Source: Nitrospirota bacterium (GTDB lineage Bacteria; Nitrospirota; Nitrospiria; SBBL01; SBBA01). From it: a stretch of DNA of 50,451 nucleotides. The stretch lies in contig JBBTNS010000002.1 of NCBI GenBank assembly GCA_038067655.1, positions 1 to 50,451 on the forward strand. The letters are read 5' to 3'. Positions 1-15,000 of the stretch are shown here, in pieces (the stretch's first letter is position 1; every line of letters begins with the position of its first letter). A program made the position numbers and the translations under genes. The notes under the pieces are model-generated. The model did not search any database, had not been told where the DNA came from, and worked only from the letters and a program-made list of their open reading frames with translations.

Positions 1-1
1 C

Positions 2-3000
2 ATGTTCATTTCTCCCATCGGCCGTCACTTGGAAAATGGTAGAAGTAGACGACTGCCCAGCAGTAATCACCACTGTACTGGTGGCCAAAGTATAATCTTC
101 CACATCTTTCGCCGGGAACAGAGGCGCAACCCCAGGAGTCTTCTTCAACGTGACCGTAATATCTTTCGCGGAAATGGTATCAAGCGTCAACCGAACAGTC
201 GCCATACTCGTTGTGCCTACATTCTCATCCAAAAATTGTTTGTTCACTGAAAGGGTCACGATAGCAGGCACATTAACATCCTTAATTGTAACCTTCTGTT
301 GTTGTTCGCCTGATTCCGCCGCAAACGTCGGAACATCAATATCAATCACAACCGCTTCATCGACTTCATCTAAGTTATCAGACTGTGCTGTTAACGTAAT
401 CGAGGTTGAGGTCGCTCCCTCAGCAATAGTCAGTGTCGTCGTAGCAAAGACATAATCTGTGTTATTGATCGCGTTACTGAGTAGTGCGTTCGGAGCGATT
501 GTAACAGTGACTGTCCTGCCAGAAACCGGCGCTAACGAGACCGTTACATTCGTGGTTGTGGCGCCATTTTCTTCAATAATGAAACTCCCCACGGAAAGCG
601 TCGCCAAAGGAAGCGGATCATTATCCACAATGACAACATTCACAGGGACAACACCCTCACGAGAGACAAACTCCACGGTATCAATATCAACCGTTACCTT
701 CTCATTATGCTCATTCAACAAATCATCTTTGGAGACAAGAGAACCGCTAGCGGAGATTGCGCCTTCCGGAATCACAATTTGCGTATCCATCCTATAGTCT
801 TTATCTTGGACGGCATCGCCGGTGGTCTTCAGGTTCACCGTTACGTCGCGTCCGGACAGCACGTTTAATTTCGCGGTAATCGTGGAAAGGCCATCCACCT
901 CAGCAATGCTGGGTGGGACAGCTTCCAACGTCATCGTGGGCAATGGATCGTTATCAGTAATCGTAACCGACCGGCTCTTGTCTACACCAATCAAGCCGCC
1001 GTTTGTACCGCTGATGGTCACCGTAACCTCTTCATCATGCTCATTGAGCGAATCGGGTAATGCGGTGATGCTGATGGTCCCCAACGTGTCACCCTTGAGA
1101 ATCGTAATCACACTATCTGACAGTTTATAATCAATGTCTCTCTTAGCACGACCACCGGTCACCAAGGAAACCCGGACATCTTTGCCCGAAACCTCGCTTA
1201 ATTTTGCAGTCACCACCATACTGATCGCACCGGAAGCAGGCTCTTCTGCAATCGTGGCAACACCATCTTGAGACAAGGTCACTGTTGGCGGAGGCTCATT
1301 ATCAAAAATGGTAATCTCTCTTGTTTGCGTGGCGTTTAGTATCTCTGCATGGGTCGGTGCTGGATTCAGATTAAAGATGATCGTCTCATTTTCTTCAAAG
1401 AGATTGTCGTTCACCACCGTAACAGGAATTGAAACCGACTTCGTGCCCTCTGGGATATCAAACCGAGAAACATTCAGAGGCGAAAGCGTATAGTCATCCG
1501 TCGAGCCTTCGGTCGCGATGCCGCCCTTTGTAAATGGAACCGTCACTTGTCGGCCAGAGACCGCACTGAGCGTTGCAATGATTGTCGTTGTTGCTGTCCC
1601 TTGCGTCGAATCTTCAAAAACCGAGAGATGCCCAATCGTTAGCGCAACCGTTGGGGTTGCATCCTCATCAACAATCTCAATCGTCTGTTTCTGCCCAATG
1701 GGGTCTTCCGTCTTCGTGGCAAACAGAACTTTGCCAATCTCAACCGTCACCGTCTCGTCAAATTCATCAAAGTCATCGGGCATCACATCAAATGTAATGG
1801 AGGCTTCAAACGAACCCGCTGGAACGGTGATTTTATCTAGGAGCGCATAGTCAATACCATCTTTGGCATTGCCAATCTTCACCAAATTGACGACCACATT
1901 TTTATTCGATTTTAAATCCAATTTGGCCGTGAACAGGGTACTTTCTGAAACACTTTCCAACAGCCTGTTCTTTCCAGCCGAAAGGCTGACAAACGTGACA
2001 TCATCATCTTCAATGGTCACCGTGGTCAAATTGGTGTTCTTTGTTCCGTTTTCCGCAGTCTTGATCGCAAAGATCACATCTTCACCGAGACCTTCATCTA
2101 TGTCATCAAACATGGACGTAAGCGTGAGCGTCGTCGAGGTGGCCCCAGCCGGAATGAGAATGGAGTTCAATGTTGATGTAAATAATCCTGCGGCATTGCT
2201 TAACGTATAGTCCTCACCCTCTGTTGCATCCACTGTTGGGTCAACACCCATGGAAAGCGTGATGGTCGTATCCAAACCAGAGGGTGTGTCAAGAAATACG
2301 GTTGCCACCGTGCTGGTCGGGCTTGCTTTATCCTCTTTGATCTTGAAATCTGCAAGAGAGATACTGACCGTCGGCGGAAGATCATCGTTCTTAATTATTA
2401 CGGTCTGACTCTGGATGCCCAGTTCCTCTCCATTGATAACCAGATCATCAACGTCAAGAATAACTGCCTCATCTTTTTCATGTAACGTATCACCCAATGC
2501 GGATAAAACAACCGTAGTAGAGGTGGCACCTTCTGGAATGACGATTTGTGTCTGCAGCGTATAATCCACAACGCAATTTGGTGCAACCGGAACAACCGCC
2601 AGACACTCATCCGTCGCAGACGTAGCGGCGCCAGATGTCTTTAATTGAACAATCACATCCCGACCTGATGCGATAATCTGGCCCGACGCGTCAGCAAGCT
2701 GCACGGTAACGGATGAAGGAGCCGCCTCATTGATAGAGGTTGGCGCTGCCTGCAGGATCACTTTGGGAAGCGGATCATTATCTTTAATTTTAACGGTGAC
2801 TTCCTGGTTATTGTCGGTTGCCTTAATCAAGCTACCAATACGGATAACAACCGTTTCATCATCCTCATTGAGGATATCATCTTTTGCTGTCAACAGGACG
2901 AACCCAGATGTCTCCTCTGCTGGAATAAAGATCGTAAGCGGCAGGGTATAATCTGTCGGTTTCGCTTTTGTAGAAGTTGCAATGACCAACGAAACGGTAA

Positions 3001-6000
3001 TATCAAAGCTAGACGGACAAGTGACTGTGGGATCCGGATTCACCGAGCAGCCTAATTCTGCCGTAATTGCGGTTCGAGTCGAAGTCCCCGCCTCATCAAT
3101 GATTGCCACGCCAGAGAAAAGACGAATCACAGGCGGCTCATCATCATCAATGACCTTAACGAGTATATCCTCCTGAGTAGAATTCCTTGTGCCATTCGTC
3201 ACCGAGCCCTCGATATTCAACACGACGGTCTCGTCTACTTCATCAATGAGATCAAAAGCGGCTGTTAATGTAACTGCGCCGGAAGCCTGCCCTGCTGGAA
3301 TAACAATCGTACCTGCAATCGTGTAGTCAGTTGTGAATAGTGCGTTTCCACCCTTGACCACCGTTACCGTTACATCGCGGCCCGAAAGTTGATCCAATGT
3401 CGCCGTCACAAGCGTCGCATTCGGAGAAGTGCCGCCGCCTGTTTCACGAATCGTCAGAGCCCCTGCAGAAAGGGTCACCACTGGAAGCCGATCTTCATCC
3501 GCAATGTTAATTGTCTTTTGTTGCGTGCCAGAAAGTACGCCATTCATAACACTATTAATCGTGATAATCGCCGTCTCTGGATTCTCTTCATTTAAGAAAT
3601 CGTTCTTCACGGCAAAGGTCACTGAAGCCGAAATGACGCCCGTGGGAATGAGAATCGTATTGGGTAGCTCATAGTCAGCGTCATCTGTCGCTTTTCCCGT
3701 CTTCTTTAAGGTCACGGTCACATCCCGCCCTGCCACTTTATTTAATGCGGCTTTAACAAGCGTGGTGCCAGATGGTTCGGTCAAAGAAGATGCCCCGACT
3801 ACAGAAAGGGTCACGATCGGTTGAGGGTCATCGTCAATAATCTTAACTGTTCTCCCCTGAGGTGTCGTACTGGTACCATGCACCACCTTATCAATATCAA
3901 CCGTTACCGTTTCCTCATCTTCACTCAAGAAGTCATCGGTCGCCGAAAGCGTGACCGACCCGGTAATCTGCCCCGCTGGAATGGTAATGATAATCGGCAC
4001 TTTACTGAAGGAGTAGTCGGAAACATCGGTTGCTGTACCCCCCTTCTTCAAATGGACAGTCACCTCTTTTCCAGAAGCCGTAATCAAGGCAGCGGTCACG
4101 ATAGAGGCTCCGCCCTTTTCAGCAATATTCGCAGGATTCGTAGAGAGGGTCACCGTTGGGAGCTCATCATCATTGAGAATCGTAACCTTCTTTCTCTGTG
4201 GCGAGTTCTCAGTCCCTTTGTCTACACTCTCAATGCTAATCTCAATCGTCTCATCTGATTCGTTTAGCGTATCTGTAATGACATTGAGTGTCACAGAAGC
4301 GAGCGTCTTGCCCGCTGGGACAACAATCACAGTTTTGCCCCCGATATTTCCATCAAACGCATAATCCTCGCCCTCAGTGGCGGTGCTGCCTAACTTTGAC
4401 AGCGTTACGGTCACATCCTGACCCGACTCGGCATTCAGCTGAATTGACACATCAGCGCGCGTCGGAGACGTTTCTTCATTGAGTAAAACTTGGCTCACGA
4501 GTAAGGTAATGCCCGGGGCCGACTCATCATCCATAATCGCAACCACCGCAGGGGTTCCGCCTTTGATTCCGTCCGTAACGGTCGCAATCTCAACCGCCAC
4601 GGTTTCATTGGTTTCAAAGAGATCGTCATGTAATGCGGAGAGGGTCACCGATCCAGTCGTCTGGCCTACCGCAATTGTAATTGTCGTGGTACTGATCTCG
4701 TAGTCGGTCCCTTTGATGGCCGGGCTATTCGTCGAAGTGACCGTCAGTGTCACAGGCAAATTGGAAGCCGCGCTTAATGTTGCGGTCACCAATGTCTTTC
4801 CACCCGTCTCCGCGATAGACGCAATCGCGGAAAGGGTGACTGTTGGTTTAGGATCGTCGTTCACAATCTTCACATTCTTCTCTTGACTGCCGGCTCCGCC
4901 TGCTTCCGTCGAGCTGGTTAACGATAAAATCTTAATACTGACAAGCTCATCCTCTTCATAATTCGGATCGTCTTTACTGGTCAGCGGAAGAGAGGTCGCA
5001 GTCTCACCCGCTGGAATAATCATCAAATTGCCAAGTGTATAATCAACGCCATCCGAAGCTGCCCCCGATTTCGCTAATGTGACCGCAATATCAAAACTGG
5101 AAGGGGCAGTTGTTGTCGCGGTCACTGTCGTGGCGCCACCCTTTTCGTTCATCGTGTCGCTGGCAACAGAGATGGTTACGGATGGCGGGAAATCATCATC
5201 ATTGATGAGAACGGTCTTTTCCTGCTTGTTGTCCTTAATGAAAGCGTCGACCACGCCAATGATTGCTATCACAACCGACTCATCATCCGTCTCATTTAAT
5301 GGGTCGGGCAAGGCGGCCAGTGGAATCGAAGCGGAGTCTTGTCCCGCCGGGACAACAATCGTCTCTTTGAGCGTATAATCCACTCCATCTTTTGCGATAC
5401 CGCTCTTTGTCAGTGTCACGGTGACGTCATGACCCGACGGCGTATTCAATACGGCCATCACTGGCGTACTTTCTCCGGGTTCAGTTTCGTTAATCGTTCC
5501 TGCAACCGACAAGGAGACCGTTGGTTTTGGATCCTCACTCACCAAGGTAACCATTTTTTGCTGCTGGACTGTACTGGTTCCGTTCTCAATATTATCCACA
5601 GTGATAATAATCCTCTCCTCTTCCTCATACAGCGTATCAGGAATGGCAGCCAACGAGATTGTATTAAAGAGCTTCCCTGCAAAAACGGTCATCGTGGGAG
5701 ACAGGTTATAGTCAATGCCATCTTTCGCACTGCCGCCCTTCACAAAGTCCACCTTCACGTCGAGTCCAGAAATCGCACTCAGTGTAACACGGACAGTCGA
5801 AACGACTGTTCCCACATTTTCCCCAATCTTATCCGGGGTCACCGTCAGTGTAATCGTCGGGGCCTTCTCATCATCCAGAATGGTTACAATCTGCGGCGGA
5901 AGCGCTGTCTTGGCGCCATTGTTTACCGCATTGATACTCAACTCAACCGTTTCATCTTTTTCATCTATAGAATCCGGAATCGAAGACAAGGTGGTCGTGG

Positions 6001-9000
6001 CAAATTTGCTGCCAGGAGGAATGACAAGCATTGCAGTCTCTAGCCTGTAATCCACAGTATCTTGCGCTGTCCCTGCTTTTGACAGATTCACAGTAATCTC
6101 TTTTCCGGAGACCACATCAATGCTGACGGTCACGATTGCGGAAGTGATCCCTGCATCTTCATTAAGCTCGAAAGTGCCGACCGACAATGTAACAACCGGA
6201 GGCAACTCATCATCCACGATCATCACGGTTTGCGTCTGAAGGCCGGCCTTGATGGCATTTTCTGCACTCATAACCTCAAACACAACATCTTCCTTATCCT
6301 CCTCATCTAACTCATCATCTGTGGCATTCAAGTCAATCGAGGCCGCCTTACTTCCCACTGGAACGACAATTTGGTTCGGGAGATTCTTATAGTCAACCCC
6401 TTCGATGGCTGCTCCGGATTTCTTTAAGAAAACAGTGACCTCTTTCCCGGAGACGGTGCTCAGTGTGGCTGTAAGGGTGGTGGTGGTGGTCCCAGTCCCT
6501 TCCCCAATCTCAGAGGCCGCTGCGGAAATGGTCACAGACGGCTCATCATCATCATCCAAAAGCTTGACCGTCACTTGAGAACTCGTTCCTTTCTCTCCAT
6601 GTGTTAAGCTACCCAGATTAATCATAATTTCCTCATCAAATTCATCAAGCGGATCATCCTGTGAAACAAGTGAGACCACATTTGAAAGCGTCCCGGCGGG
6701 GATCACAATCGTGGTGGTTAAGCTATAATCAAGAGCGGTTGCCCTGCCGTTTGTGGCCAGGTCAACAGTGGTATCAAAACTGGAAATGACATCAAGCCGC
6801 GCCATCACGGTTGTCGAATTCGGACTCGATTTTTCATTAATAATACTCCGATCAACGAGGAGAGAGACTTTGGGCGGATTATCATCGCTGACGATGATCA
6901 CCGCCTGTGGCACGCCAACAGCAACTGCGTTATCGGCTCTGTCAATCACAAGCTCAACCGTCTCGTCTGCCTCAAACATGCCGTCATTCACGCTCGTCAA
7001 AGTAACCGACCCGAAAGTAGCACCCGCAGGAATAATAATGGTGGGATTGAGTTTGTAATCAGCCTCGTCAACCGCTCCACCGCCTTTTCCCAAAGTGACC
7101 GTCACTATTTTTGCCGATGCAGTGCTCAATGTGGCGACCACCATCGTCTGGGTCGTCGAAGCCGGGTTCTCATTGATACTCCCACCTTCAATCGATAGAT
7201 CCACTGTGGGAGCAAGATTCCCATTCAGAATCGTTACACTCTGCTGCTGCTGATCGAGTTCCGTTCCGTCTGTGATTTGATAAATATCAATAACAAACGT
7301 TTCAACATCCTCATCCAGCGTATCGGTCTTGGCAGAGAGTGTGACAAACCCTGATTGCTTTCCGGCAAGAACCGTAATCGTACTGATTAATGTATAATCT
7401 AGATCTTCCTTTGCTAATCCAGTCTTTTCCAAACTGACAACAACATCGAGTCCGGAGGGTTCACTCAGTAAAGCCGTGACCTTCGCGGTGTTTCCGGGAG
7501 CCACTTCATTAATACTGCCATTATCAACAGAAAGTGTGACTTTCGGTGCCAGCTCATTATCAACCAATGTAACGGGCACCATCTGCTGCAGAGGACTGGT
7601 TGTTCCATTTATAACGACGAGGCCGATATTTAATTCAACCGTTTCATTCTTTTCGTAAATCGGATCGGTCACCGCAAGCAGTGTTGTGGAAGCCGTGGAT
7701 TGCCCTGCCGGAATCACGATACGATCGGCCAATGTATAATCAAATGTCTCTTTTGCGGTACCTTGTTTAACAAGCGGCACGGTCACCGTCTTACTAGAAA
7801 TGGTGCTCAATGTTGCGATGACCGCCGCACTCGAGAGAACGCCCTCTTCATTAATACTCCCCTTATTCACAGACAGTGTCACACTCGGAACGGCATCGTC
7901 GCTCAGAATCGTCACAGTCTCTCTTTGAATACCATCAATTAATCCTCGTTCGACTTTCTCAATCTCAACAATAACGAGCTCCTCCACCTCATTGATGGGG
8001 TCATCCAAAGCGGTCAAGGTGAATGTTGTACTTGCGATACCCGCAGAAATGGTGAATGTCTTGAAATTAAACGTATAGTCCTTACCTTCTGTCGCATCCC
8101 CGTCTGTCTTCAACGTCACGGTCACATCCCGACCGGAAACCGCACTCAATGTGGCTCGGACGATGGTGCTTTCTCCCGGCCTGACCTCGTTAATCGTTGC
8201 ACTATCCACAGAAAGCTTCACCGTGGGGATTGGATCGTTGTCGGAAATCGTAACGATTTGCGGTGTTTGAGTGGTTGATTTCAATACGTTCTCAACCGTG
8301 TTGATATCCAAAATGATCGTCTCCTCCTCTTCATTGAGGGCATCGGCCTCCGCAGAGAGGGTGGTGGACGCAATCGTCTGGCCTGCAGGGATCAGAAGAG
8401 TCGTGGTCCCTAACGTGTAATCTTTTACATCGGTTGCCGTACCATTCTTAGACAGCGTTAGTGTAATATCTTGACCCGACGGCACATTGAGCTTGACCGT
8501 TACCAACGTTGAAATAACTCCAAAATCTTCACTCAAGGTATTCGCAGCGACCGAAAGTGTGGCAATGGGTTTAGCCTCATTGTCTAAAATCTTAACAATC
8601 TTCTCTTGAATGCCATTCTGTGTCCCGTTCGTTACATCACCAATCCCAATAATAATGGTCTCACTCTCTTCATTCAAATCATCCGGCATTGCCGAAAGAA
8701 TAACCGATGCCTGCGGATCACCGGCAGGAATTTTAATCTCAACTGGAAGTTTATAATCCACACCCTCTTTTGCAGTGCCCAGTTTTTTCAACTGAACAAC
8801 AATATCTTTCTGGGAGACCGTGGAAAGGAATGCGGTCACCACCGCTGTCTCCCCGATCGGCTCTTCGGTAATCGCTTCACTATCCACTTTCAAAGACACC
8901 GACGGAGGAAGATCATCATTCACAATGGCCACCGTAAGGGTTTCCTGCGTTTCCGACTTCGTCCCATTCACAACAGGAGACAGGACGCTGATTAAAACCG

Positions 9001-12000
9001 TCTCTTCATCCGCCTCATCGAGTGTGTCATTCACAGCAACCAAGTCAACAAATGCGGTCAACTGTCCCGCTGGAACCGTGATTGAATCAGGAATATTATA
9101 ATCGAGGAAGTCTGATGCGTTACCCTTCCGATCCAGATTCACCTTCACGTCGAAACCGGACACAACATCTAACGCCACCCGAATGGGCGTTTTTGTAATC
9201 GCTGCGACATCTTCATGAATCATTGCACGATCCGAAGTCAGCGTCACAATGGAAGGCGCATCATCATCAAGAATGGTAATTGTTTGACTATCCGTTGCAA
9301 GACCACTGCTGGTCCCATTCACGACCTCAGCAATATTAATAATGACCGTTTCACTGGGCTCATCCATCCGATCGTCTACGGAGGAGAAGGTCACCGTCGT
9401 AAAGAGCGTCCCTTCGGCAATCACAATGGTTCGATCAAATTTATAATCCAGTGTATTGGGAAGCGGTGCGGTGCTGGTTCCGCTTGCCCTCCCCGATGTG
9501 GCTAATTTAACGATGACCGGCCGTCCGGAGAGTGTATTTAATGCGACGGTCATCTTCGTCGTTGAGGAGGCGGATCCCTCAAATTCACTGACATTATCAG
9601 ATGCAACCGATAACGAGACCGTGGGAAGATTCTCGTTATCGGTAATAGAGATCGTCTGATCAGCCGGACTGCCGCGTGTACAAGTTGCATCGCAAAGCAC
9701 AGCCAACGTGATATTCTCCAAGTACTCGCTCAATTCATCATCTAAAATTTTTAACTCAACAACTTTGCTTGTGTCTCCAGCGAGAATGACGATCATATCG
9801 GTCAGTTCATAGTCTTTTGTGTCGGTTGCAAAATCGGTCTTCACGATACCCACATTCACATTCCGCCCTGAGGCCTTATCCAGCGTGACCGTAATCGTTG
9901 TCGTATTTGCCGAAACGTCCTCACTCAAAGCATTCGATCCAGCAGTCAGCGTCACAACCGGCGAAGGATTCCCATCCAAAATTTTGACACTCACCTTTTG
10001 GATTCCATCCTCTGTCGCGTTTAATCCGGTATCAAAAATACTCACCTCAACGGTCTCGTCATCTTCATCAAATCCATCCGTTTTCGATTTCAATATGACA
10101 GATTGCGTGTCCGTCCCCGCTGGGAATAAAACGGTCGTATTGCCGAAGGTATAATCGGTGAGATCTATTGCTGTCCCCGCTTTTTCCAACTTCACTGTAA
10201 TATCGAAGCTTGATGCGGAACTCAATGTCACGATGACCGATGTGGTTCCACCGACTTCATTGATCTCTAAAGTCCCCGCCGACACTTTCACCGTTGGCGG
10301 AAGATCATCATTCACAATGGTCACCGTCTGCCGAACAGAGACATCCCTCCCGTTTTCAATACCACCGATAGAAATAATCACCGTTTCATCATTCTCATGC
10401 ACAGCGTCAGGCGTTGCAGTCAATGTAACAAAATTAGACTGCTCACCCGCCGGAATAACGATCTTATTGGCCAATGTGAAATCCGTATCAACGGTCGTAC
10501 CGCACTTGGTGGCCATACCGCAATTTTGGGTCAGGGTCACGATGACATCTTTCCCGGCCACGTTGCTCAATGTTGCACGAATGGTGGTCGTATTCGCAGG
10601 CGCCGTCTCAGAGATGCGGGGCGAACCGGCAACCAAGGTCACCGTGGGAACCGCATCATCATCATTAATTTTTACTTCAAAACGATCCGCCCCGGAAATC
10701 TTAGCACCAAAAACCAGTTCTCCAAGTGAAACGATAATCGTCTCCCTCTCGACTCCCTCAAACAGGAAGTCACTCACGCTCGATAACGTCAGAACCTCTT
10801 CCAGTTGGCCGGCTGGAATCGTAACCTCATCAACCAGGGTATAATCATCTTTGTCCTTCGCCGTTCCAGACTTCACCAACTTGATGGTGACCGGCAAGGC
10901 TGATGCCTCACTTAAAGTCAAAGAAACACGTGTCGTCCCGCCCGTTTCTGGAATCTCAATATCCGCCACATTCAGACTGACGGTTGGCGCTCCCTCATCC
11001 TCGATAATCGTCACCGTTTTCTGTCGATTCTCTAAAATATCGCTGGTCGTTCCATTTGTGACATCAAGGATATCCATCACGACCCTCTTGTTCGTATCGA
11101 ACACACTGTTATCCATTGCACTCAACGTGACGAAACTCGAAGAGGTTCCGGCCGGAACGATGATCGTCGTTGTTCCACTGAAATTGTAGTCCGTTCCCTC
11201 AACACCCGTGCCGGAGATTCCCAACTTCACCGTGACAGGGAAGCTTGAAGGATCACTCAACATGGCAATCACATGCGTACTGCTCCCCACGCCGCTCTCA
11301 TTGATTTTCTCGCTTCCAACCAACAAGGTCACAATCGGAGGATCGTCATCATTCGCAATGGTCACGGTCTTTTGTTGCTGGCCCACCTCGTTTGCAAATT
11401 CAACGGACAGATCAAGAATTGCCGTTTCACCCTGCTCATGGGTTTTATCCCCAACCGCAGAGAAGGTGACGAACATTTCCGTCTGTCCTTCTGGAATCGT
11501 AATCGTATCGGGTAGCTTGTAATCTAAGTCGTTGGTCGCCATTCCGGACTTCTCAAGGGTAACGGGAATATCACGGCCGGAGACTAGATCAATCACCACC
11601 TTTACTATGGATTGTGTAACACCCAAATCTTCCGTGACTGCAATCGGATCAACCGCTAACGTCAGATTCGGCTTTGGATCGTCGTCTGTGATCGTAACGA
11701 CTTTCTTAAACGTATCAACCGATTTCCGGCCATTTTTCAAGGTCAGTTCATCAATCTCAAGCTCGATGGTTTCAAGATGTTCATTTAAATCATCGGGCAA
11801 TGCACTAATCACTGCACTCGCATCCAGCACGCCAGCGGCAATTAAAAGGGTGGACGTACTCAATGTATAATCGGCCTCTTTTGCGATACCCAATCTCTTC
11901 AACGTCACGGTCACATCTTTTTCGGAGAGCGTATCCAATTTAACAATAGCGTTTGTCTCTGTATTTGTCCCTTCCTCATTAATGTTATCAACGTCAGTTG

Positions 12001-15000
12001 AAATTGAAACAAACGGTGGATCATCATCATCAATAATCTTAACGGTCACTTGAGTTGATGTCCCTTTTATTCCATTTTCCACTGTGACCATATCCAAGAT
12101 GACGGTCTGATCAAGTTCATCCAAGATGTCATGAGCGGCAGATAACGTGACCGCCGCAGAAAGGATGCCGGATGGAACCGTAATCGTGAGACTCTCTAAA
12201 AGAAAGTCAGCATCTGTTGCGGTACTGTCGACATTGATGGCCAACGTCACAACCACTGGAATGCCAGAAGGACGATTTAACGTGGCTTTAATGGACGCGA
12301 CTCCGGCCGTCTCTGGAATATTGAGGCTGTTGGTTGAAAGTGTAACGATAGAAGACTCATCATCATCAGCAATCTCTATCTTTTGCTCCAAAGAATCACT
12401 CGCATTTGCATTGATCATTGCTGGATCAATGTTAATCAGGACGGTCTCACTGTCAATCCCCTCGAACAATGTATCGTGTACGGAGGTTACTGTAGTAACA
12501 CCGGTTAATGCACCTGCCAGAATGGTAATTTTTTCCGCCAATGAATAATCTTTGGTCAGGGTGGCTGTCCCGGTTCTTAATAACGGAACCGTAATGGTCC
12601 GGCTGGAAGCAAAATCCAGCGTCGCAGTCACTATTGTATTTCCACCCGTCTCAGCAATCGTGCTGGTTCCAACAGAAAGCGTCACCAACGGGAGAAGCTG
12701 CTCATTTGGAATCGTCACCGTCTGTGTTTGAACCGATGTGGTCGCTGTATTCACAAGAGACAAAATGTCAATGATAATTTCTTCATCCTCCTCAACGAGG
12801 GCATCCTTCTTGGCGGTAAGCGTGACCGACCCTTCCCCGGAAGGATCATCTTCTGCAATGGTAATCGTCGTTGTGGCTAAGGTATAGTCCACATTGTCGG
12901 TTGCCGTTCCCGTCTTTTTCAGGTTTACGGTAATGGGCTTTCCAGAGGGGGCGCTTAATTTTGCAATAACAGCCGTCGTTGATGTCGCCTCTGTGGTATT
13001 TTCTGTAATCGATGTATTAGGAGCGACTGACAATGTCAGCGTGGGCATAGCGTCGTTATCGGCAATCGTAACAGTCTTTTTCTGACCTGTCGATGTACCA
13101 TTTAGAATGGAATCAACCTCGACAACCACCGTTTCATTAAATTCATTGAGTGTATCAGCCACTGCGGAAAGAGAAACCACGGTAGAAAGGGTACCCTCTT
13201 CGATGACAATTGCTTTCGGCAGCCTATAATCTTTATCATACTTTGCATTCCCGCCAATCAGCAGGTTCACTGTGACGTTCCGACCTGATTTTACGTTTAA
13301 TGCCGCAGTCAGCGTCGTCTCTGTTGTGGTGGCTGAATCTTCTGTAACGAGCGTATTCACAACGGCAAGCGTTATTGTCGGCAGCGCATCATCGTCTAAG
13401 ATTCTAACGGTTTTCTCTAAATCCTCAGGAAACAAACTCATATCCGCACCGTCAACACGATCAATGGTAACCACCACCGTCTCATCGTCTTCATCCAAAA
13501 CATCATGAACCGAGGCTAATGTGACAGAAACCATGCCCGTTGCATGATCCGCGGGAATCGTCAGGACAATGTCGCCGGTACCGCTTAATGTATAATCATC
13601 CGTCTCTTTTGTGGCACCGCTCTTTTTCAGGGTGACCGTCACCCGTTTCCCAGAACGAGCACTCAATTTGACCGTGACCGATGTATTGGTACCCGTGCCG
13701 GTCTTCTCATTAATCGTCTCACTCCCAACAAGCACCGAGAGGGTTGGAATCGGATCGTCATCCGTAATGATGACCGTCTGTGTCTCTCCACCAACCTTAA
13801 TGATGGCAAATCCATTGGTCACGCTGTCAATGGTAATGATGGCATCCTCATTAAATTCATTGAGGTCATCTGTCTTTGCAACAAGAAGAACCGCTGCGGA
13901 GGGGGTGCCTTCAGGAATGGTAATCGAATCAGGAAGTGTATAATCAACACCATTGATGGCCACACCGTCTTTTTTAAGATTCACTGTAATCGGCCGTCCG
14001 GAGGCGTTGCTCAAGGAAGCCGTCACATTGAGTCCGGTTCCACCTGCATCTTCCCCAATGGTCGGTGAATCAATCAGAAGCTCAACCGTAGGAAGCGGAT
14101 CATCATTGAGAATTTTGACTGTCTTCTTCTGAGTCCCGGGTTTCGTTGCGTTCTCTGCAGAGATGATTTCAATATCAACGGTTTCTTCATTTTCATTGAA
14201 AGAATCCCCAATGGTATCCAGCATGATCACGCCCGTTTTACCAGACTCTGCTGGAATCAGAATCTCAAGGGTTGGGTTCTCTCCAATATTGAAATCCACA
14301 AATCGCGTCGCGGTGCTGCCGGTTAAGACAAATATCGCCTTCACATCTTTTCCTGAAATCGCACTGAGCCTCGCGGTCACGCTTGTGGTCGTCGTGCCGG
14401 TGGCTGCAGGATCCTCATTTAAGATCAATGTCGCAACTTCCAAAGCAATGGTCGGGATTGGATCATCATCCGCAATCGTGACCGTCACTTGCTGGACATC
14501 TTTCTCTTTCCCAAGCGTAACCGCATCAATATCAACGGTCACTGTTTCCGGGGACTCATTAAATAAATCATTCTTGGTCGCCAAGGTCACAAAACCCGAC
14601 TTTATTCCGGCAGGAATGTTAATGACAGCATTGTTGAACGTATAGTCGTTCGCTTTCGCCATGCCGCCCGTCTTGAGATTGACCGTGACCGGCAAGTTCG
14701 ACAGGTTATCCAATGTTGCAATGATCTTGGTGACGACTACACCGGTCGCTTTTTCTTCGATTGTGGAAAATTCACTCGAAAGGGTCACCAGCGGAGCAGG
14801 CTCATCATCCATAATTGTGGCCGTGTGAACGACTGTGGCACCCAGCGTTGCGTTGGTTGTTGTCCCCATCGTAACGTCCACCGTTTCATTTTCTTCGAAG
14901 AAGGCATCATTCACCATCGTAATCGTGATATTTGTTGTTGTTGTCCCTGCGACAATCTTTACTGGACTAACCGTTATCGTATAATCGTCGGTCAGTTTTG

